A stretch of DNA of 63,578 nt, the filler included, from Streblomastix strix (taxonomy: Eukaryota): assembly GCA_008636045.1 (NCBI GenBank). It is 3 parts of 3 records of this genome, joined end to end, with 100 filler letters (N's around TTAATTAATTAA, not from the genome) between each part and the next. Parts side by side here need not be neighbours in the genome. Positions count along the whole stretch, not along the records: positions 42,480 to 63,578 come from SNRW01000397.1; 2 more parts are not named here. One strand, written 5' to 3'. Below the pieces are notes generated by a model. That model was not told the DNA's origin. It was given only the letters and a program-made list of their open reading frames with translations, and searched no databases. A program made the translations under genes and the position numbers. Below, in pieces: positions 51,921 to 63,578 of this stretch (positions are counted from its first letter, which is position 1; each line of letters starts with the position of its first letter).

Positions 51921-52579
51921 TTATTTTGATAATAAAAAAAAATAACATTAACAATAAATATATGAAAATCATGAGTAAACATGCATCGAATTTGTACTAA
52001 TTAACATTCGAAGTTTCAGTGGGCTCTACTGGTCTACTCTTAAGTTTATATTTTGTAAATATATTAAAAATATAAACTATGTCTAATAATACATATGATG
52101 TCTAAAAATTTAAAAATATCTTATTTATGTATAAAGAGAAATCTCTCAATCTATTTTTCCTCGCTTATGCCAATCACGTAAGTAATATTTCTAGGAATTA
52201 TAAATTTTATCACATATTTTTTGTGGTATAGTTATATATTAAATAATTAAAACAAACAAATATACTCCAATTATGCTTTGAATTGATATACAATTTTATT
52301 TTTCTTAAATAACTTATTGTGAAACTAATTTAGCTTATCAATATATAAATATATACTCCAATTATTCCATAAATTTCCTTATATTTTAATTTATAGGAAA
52401 CATTAAATTTCATGCTGAATATTACTTGTAAATATTCAAAAACATTTATCAGTTAATTATATATGAGCGTTTAACTTAAATTAAATAATTTATTTTTATT
52501 TTTTATTCGCAATATTTTTTTTTCTATTTCAATTTTATTACTTCTTATCTTTTAAAGTCAAATTTCCTTACAAGCAATT

Positions 52580-55500
52580 ATGAATTTCTGGGATATTCTG
52601 AGAATTAATACATTAATTGTATGATTCTTTTATTATTTATAATTTTCTAATTAAATTTCTATTTATTCGATTAAAATTAAAATTCCTTATTTGTATTTTT
52701 TTTGAAGCCGATTCGTAAACTTGGTATTTATCATATTTCTACTTATAATGAATTAATTATTCGAATTTTTATTTCGATAGGAGAAGGATCTTTTGGATGG
52801 TTAGATAAATATTATGATTTATATTAATAACATATTTTTTCTACTTTTAATTTGCTTTTCTTTAGTGTCTTTCTTATCTATGATTATAAAGATGATAAAA
52901 TTGTTGCAGTGAAGATTTTTCAAAAAGAAAAATATGATAAAAAAGAGTTAGATGCTAATAATGAACTATTGAAGTTTATTATTATTATTTATTTAAATAC
53001 TAATAAATATATATTTTTTATTTAGAAATAAAATTTAAAGTATTTTTGTGTTGAAATAAAAGAAATATAATGAAGAGGAATTATATCCATTCTTGTTATT
53101 GGAATATGCCAACATGATGGTTTGACAATTCTATTTAATTTAATTTAATTTATTTTATTTTTAATTTAGACACTTGATATAATTGCAAAATAATCAGAAA
53201 TTCAACTTCCGACATATACTCTTAGAGCACTTATGAAATAAATCCGTATAAATTAAAATTTTCAATTCAAATTTATTTATTTATTAATTTGTTATAGTTG
53301 AAGGAATGAGAGTATTTCACTCTTCTGGTCTTGTCCATCGGTTTATTCATTTATTATAATTATTTAATTTACATTTATAATCTTTTTTAAATTTTAAATA
53401 GTGATATCAAATGTGATAATATTCTACTTCACAGTCCACCTGGATCTGGTCGTGTTCATGCTAAGATTTCAGATTTTGGATTTACAAAGAAAGTTGATTT
53501 AAATAATAAACAAACTTATCTCGCTGGGTTTGAAATAATTTATAATTTTACATTTTTATTTTTTCTTATTCTTTTTAGGACAATTCCTTTTATGGTATTT
53601 GATAATTATATTTAATGAATATTATAAATATTTTAAATTATTTATTCAGTCACCAGAACAATTCCATGAGAATCCAATTATAACTCAGAAAGTAGATATT
53701 TATGCTCTTGGTATCACATTCTACAAACTTATCACTCATAAATATCCTGTGAATGAAAGAATCTTCAAAGAATAAGGAAAGTTTGAATAAATTATTCGTT
53801 TATATTTTAAAATTATTTTATTATAATATAGAAAGATGTCTCAAATTAAAAGTATAAAGAGACCTTCTTAAATAAAAGATAATCTTCTTTGGGATCTTCT
53901 TTCAAGATTATTGGAGTTTGATCCAAATAAAAGAATTTCAGCAGCTGAAGCACTTCAACATCCATATTTCACATCACCTGAAGCACTTTCTGATATTTCG
54001 AAAGAATAATAAGATCTTGCATCATTAGCTGCTGTTGCTAAATTAGAAGAAGATTCAAATGTTACAGAATTTGATAAAGATCCAACTTTCATTGTTTCAG
54101 AACTTATTATTAAATAATATATTCTCAATTATATTCAACATAATCAACCAAAGCAATTGAATAATATCAAATAAGAAGAAACTTAATAAGAAGAAATATA
54201 AACTGTTTATAAAATTGATGAATAAGATAATGAAGAAGAAATGATGAAACTTGCAAAATATATATCTCTTCAAAATGATTATAATAATGAATAAAGTTAA
54301 TAATCAACTTCATAATCTAAATTTGATTAGAAAACAGATTAAGATTAAACATTTGAATCTCTATTTGATTAATAATCTTTATAATCATCTTCTCTAAATA
54401 GTTCATTCTCTTATTCATAAACAACCATAATTGAATAATATTAATCATAATCAAAAAGTTTAAATCTTCAAGTTCAAAATGAATAATCCATTTATAGTTT
54501 TCATGCACATTCAATTCCTAAAATCAATTCAAAATCAGCTTCATTATCATATATTGCAACAGAAGAATAATTATAAGCTGAGAGAGATTTACTTGAATTG
54601 AATATGAATCTTGAAGAAATCAAAGAGAAATTTGAGATCTTTTCTAATTTATCATATCTTGAACGTGATGTTGTTTGTGTGAATCTTTGTAAACTCCTTC
54701 ATGGAAACAAATAAAATTGCATTAAAGCTTAATAACTTGGAATCATTGATATTATCTTACACATCATGAATACATTTCCACTTGATAGAATCTTTCCAAT
54801 ATATTATGAAGGATTAGAAGGATGCATTTTATTAATATCAAAAATTGAAAATAATCCTCATTTTAGAGAGGAAATATTGAAATGGATAAAGAAATATCTA
54901 AATTGTTAAAGTGAAATATTATTAAAATTTAATTTATATTATAATAATCTCTATCTTTATTTAATCTCTCTCAGAAATTATTATTCTAATTATCTTCCAT
55001 TGAGAGAAGCAATGAAATAAAATGGATCATTTATTAAACTACTTGAAATATTTCACAATGATAAATTTGAAGATAAAGAAATTAATGGATTTGCAGCATG
55101 TTTAATTGGATTTTTATATTACAAAACTCCGCTTTCAATTGAAATTGGATCATAAATCATCAATTGTATTAAAGAATTAACTCAAAGTAATAATTTATAA
55201 CTTTAAAATTAATCATTTTTATCATTATAATTTCTTGCTTCAAATTAAGGAAATCTTGAATTAATTCTTGCAAATAGATTTCTGAAAATAATTAATAATA
55301 ATCTCCATAATTAATAAAAATAAGAAATTTATTAATTAATTCTTAAATTTCTGGAAATTCTATTTGAATAAGGATCAACTTAAACAAAAGAATTAATAAT
55401 AAAAGAAATATCAATTAAAAGAATTAAATAACTTTCAAATATCTTAGATGAAGAAATATCTAAATATGCAAAGTTATTTCTTAAAAAAATTAATGAATAT

Positions 55501-58500
55501 AAGAAAAACGAATAAAAAATAGAAAATGAAATAAAAACAAATAAAAGCAGATAAATTCTAACAAAAATAACATTATAATAAAATGAAGAGAAAACATAAA
55601 AAGAAAATGATGATATAATGAATGAAGATGAAATGATGAAGATTGCAATATAATAATCAATATAAGAAATTTAAAATTAAAAAGAAAATTAATAAAAACA
55701 ATAAAATTCAGAAATGAATGAGAATGAAATGTTAGAATATGCTATATCATTATCAAATGAATCAGAAATGTTGAAATAGAAAGAAAAATAAAAAGATAAT
55801 ATTTCTGATGAAAAAAAACTTAGAATTGCTTTCAAACATTCAGAAAATAATGAATATAATAAAAATAAAATTGGTATGAAAATAAATTACTTGTTATCCA
55901 TAGTTAATGAAATAAAATTGAAAAGATAATAATAATAATAATTAAGAATGAAATAATAAGATATATAACAAGAATAATAAAAATGGAAGATTGCTACATA
56001 ATTATTCAATTAAACAGTTAAAGATATAAATTAATCTGATTAAATTTACTAAAAATAAGAATAAAAGATTGAATAAGAGAAAGAATAAGAACAAGAAAAT
56101 AAAAATTCTTGTGATAATGATAGTGAAACAGACTCAAAAAGTTCAGACATAACAACTTTATCTGAAAAAACATAAAGTTCTGATGAATCATCTTAGTCAA
56201 ATAGCAAATCTTAAGAAGAAAACGAGTTTGATTCGTAATTAATTATTACATTACTTAGATCATTGTAAGATAAGTAATAAGAATAAGAATAGAATGAATA
56301 AAAGTAAAAATAAGAATTAGAATTGGAGAAAGAATATGAGAAAGAATAAAATATAGAATAAAAGAAAGAATAAGATAAATAATAAGAGAAAGAATAATTG
56401 AAAGAATATGAATAAGAATATAAGAAAGAATAAGATAAAGAATAAGATAAAGAATAAGAATAAGAGAAAGAATAAGAGAAAGAATAAGAATAAGAATAAG
56501 AGAAAAAATAAGATAAAGAATATTAGAATAAATTAGAATTAGAGAAAGAATATTAGAATAAATATGAATAAGAATAAGAGTAAGAATAAGAGTAAGAATA
56601 AAAATAAGAGAAAGAATAAAAAATAGAGAAAAAATAAGAGAAAGAATAAGAGTATTTAGATGATACTCCTGTAGAATGTGAAATTTGCCATAAATTTATT
56701 CCATTCTTCATTTATCAGTAACATTCTCAATCTCATTCAATTCTTCAATAATAAAATTAATAAATATAATCTTATTCATCAAAGACTTCATCATCTTCAT
56801 AATAATAATCTGCTTATTATTAAATTTCTTCTTAATCTTTTGATTAATTATAATAATTTAATTCATAATTAAATGAATTTGAAAATATGAGCATTCAAAA
56901 GAAAGAAGAATTAATTTCAAATCTATTAGAATATCTTAATGAAAATAAAAACAATATAAAGATTGCCATATTAATTGGAATAGTTGATAATATTATTAAA
57001 ATACTCAATGATCATATTGAATAAGATATTGAATATAAAATTTTACTTAATCTTCTTTATAATCTTATTAAAATGTGCGACAATGAAGAAATAATGTAAA
57101 TGAATGAAAAAGGATTAACAAAATTCATTTCACAATTACTGAATAAAGATAATGAAGATATTCTATTAATTGCAACAAGAATATTTGAAAGGATAATAAA
57201 TATTTAATGTGAAATATTAATCGAAGGAAAATCAAATCGAATATTAAATGATTTTGAAAATAATGGAATAATAATCAGACTTGTTGAATTAATAATTAAT
57301 GATAAATATGAAAATATAGAAATCAAAAATAACTGTGTATTAATAATTGGATATTTATATAAAGCAACTAAACTTCCAAATTAATTTGGAGTAATAGTTA
57401 TAAATCAACTTAAATTATTAATTTCTAATTAGAATTCATATTTCAGATTATATTCAATTATTGCTCTCTAATATTTAGCTGAATGTTCATTTAATCATGA
57501 ATTAATAATTGCAAATGAATTTTTGAAATAAATTAATTAAATATTGAAAGAAAGTTCAATAATTGGATTTAGAATTAATATTCTTAATTTATTAACTATA
57601 TTAATTAAATATGGAAATAATAAAACGAAATAATAAATAATTTAAGAAGTTAATAAGGATTAAATAATTATTCTTTCTTTAAACAATAATAATAAATTGA
57701 AAATAAAAGCGAATTTGATTCTTTAAGTGATAAATTAATTTGAATAAAATAATGAAATAAATGAAAATATTAGAAATGAATAAAGGAAAGTCAATGAAAT
57801 AGAAATAAATAATAAATTAATTTTGGAGGAAGATGAATTGATACAAAAAACAATTTAAGTTTCAGTTTTAGAAATGAATAAATAAAATGTGAATTATGAT
57901 TGTCATGAAGAAATAGAAAAAGTAAATGAGAAAGAAAAAGAATAATATTTAGATGATGAAGAAAAGATGAAATATTTATTATAACATTAGATCGAAGATT
58001 AATATGAAAACTATTATATTGGAAATGATTAAAATATATAATCAATTCCAACTGCACTAATTCAAGCATCATAATCTTCTTTTTCTTAATCCTCAAAACA
58101 TTAAATTGAACTAATAGATAATAAATAACTTTCTGATAAGAATTTAATTGAAGATAAATAGTAAGAAAATGAATAAGATAAAGATTAAGCAAAAGAGAAA
58201 AAATAAATGAAAGAATATTAAAAAGAATATGAATAAAAATAAGAGAAAGAATAAGATTTAGAGAAAGAAAAATATAATAAATAAAAGAAAGAATAATATT
58301 ATGAATATTAGAAAGAATAAGATAAAGAATAAGAATAAGAATAAGATAAAGAATATGAGAAAGAATTAGAAAAAGAAGAAGATAATATTAAAGAGAAAGA
58401 GATAGAATAAAAATAAGAAGAATAAGAATAAGATAATAAACAATAGTAATAAGAGAAATAATAAGAATAAGAATTAGAGAAATAATAAGAATAAGTATAA

Positions 58501-58554
58501 GAATTAGAAAAAGAATAAGAGAAAGAATAAGAATAACAATAAGAGAAAGAATGA
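52580..58554 (+). CDS. Giant Ser/Thr kinase with ARM-like blocks, UIM-like motifs, a UBZ-like zinc finger and Glu/Gln/Lys coiled-coil repeats
   Basis: [39 protein letters not shown] and [13 protein letters not shown] spread over about 11 short introns, then one ~4.7 kb open exon ending at TGA 58552-58554. Confidence 0.88.
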
Positions 58555-58999
58555 GAGAAAAAAATAAGAAAAAGAATAAGAGAAAGAATAAGAATAAGAG
58601 AATGAATAAGACTAATTGAAAGAATAAAATTGTAATAAAGAAAAAGAATAGTAGAAAGAGAACGAATAAAAGAAAGAATAAGAATGAATTATCTTAAATG
58701 CTATCGAACATAAAACAAAATAAGATTAAAAAGAATTAGGAATATTTTAGATGGACTATTAAGATGACGATTAATACTGAAGTTTTATTAAATTATCAAT
58801 TCATTTGATATATAAGTTAAATACACTCGGCAATGTATATTGTTAAAACAAATAAATAATAATGAGTTACAAATATTAATTTTTTATAATTTAATTTAAA
58901 CTATTTATTTCTACTACAGTCATGGAACAAAAATTAAAAAATATCAAATTATTTCTTAATCTTCTTCTTATTTAGTTTCCTCTTTCTTTTCAACTTTGC

Positions 59000-63578
<4,579 letters not shown>

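Noticed and set aside
43500..56740. Functional coupling of the transposon OTU with the neighbouring UIM/UBZ kinase
   Set aside because: The kinase lies outside the TIR, beyond another gene. Proximity after a transposon insertion is not evidence of a shared system.

Overview
AT-rich eukaryotic (protist) nuclear DNA, not prokaryotic. It is read with TAA/TAG = Gln and TGA as the only stop, and it has many short GT-AG introns, so the supplied ORF track is largely misleading. The code and gene-family style fit the oxymonad Streblomastix strix (inference). The window is three unrelated contigs (1-21152, 21253-42379, 42480-63578) joined by artificial N44-TTAATTAATTAA-N44 linkers. Contig 1 carries a Rad54B-like helicase and then a ~15 kb zone of decayed mobile or viral DNA. 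That zone holds a Helitron Pif1 remnant with its 3' end, two PrimPol genes, a phage-fibre-like repeat protein and a duplicated Lys-rich pentapeptide-repeat gene. One PrimPol gene is a PrimPol-SF3 helicase that fills a 2.6 kb unit bounded by ~70 bp inverted repeats, with 9-bp iteron-like arrays beside it. The contig ends in the start of a kinase gene. Contig 2 carries host genes: a geranylgeranyl-reductase-like flavoprotein, a SelO-like kinase-fold protein, an ARM/SPRY protein, a divergent beta-tubulin with an internal TGA, an ARM protein, an SLC49-like MFS transporter and a Trk cation transporter. Contig 3 opens with a pogo/Tigger DDE transposase fused in-frame to an intron-containing OTU protease domain, with a pogo TIR plus TA 4.2 kb downstream. 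It then has a decayed Gln-rich gene, a giant kinase with UIM/UBZ/ARM modules and a poly-Gln gene. Best candidates for undescribed systems are the pogo-OTU transposon and the inverted-repeat-bounded PrimPol-helicase mini-replicon. All family calls come from manual motif recognition; no database search was run.
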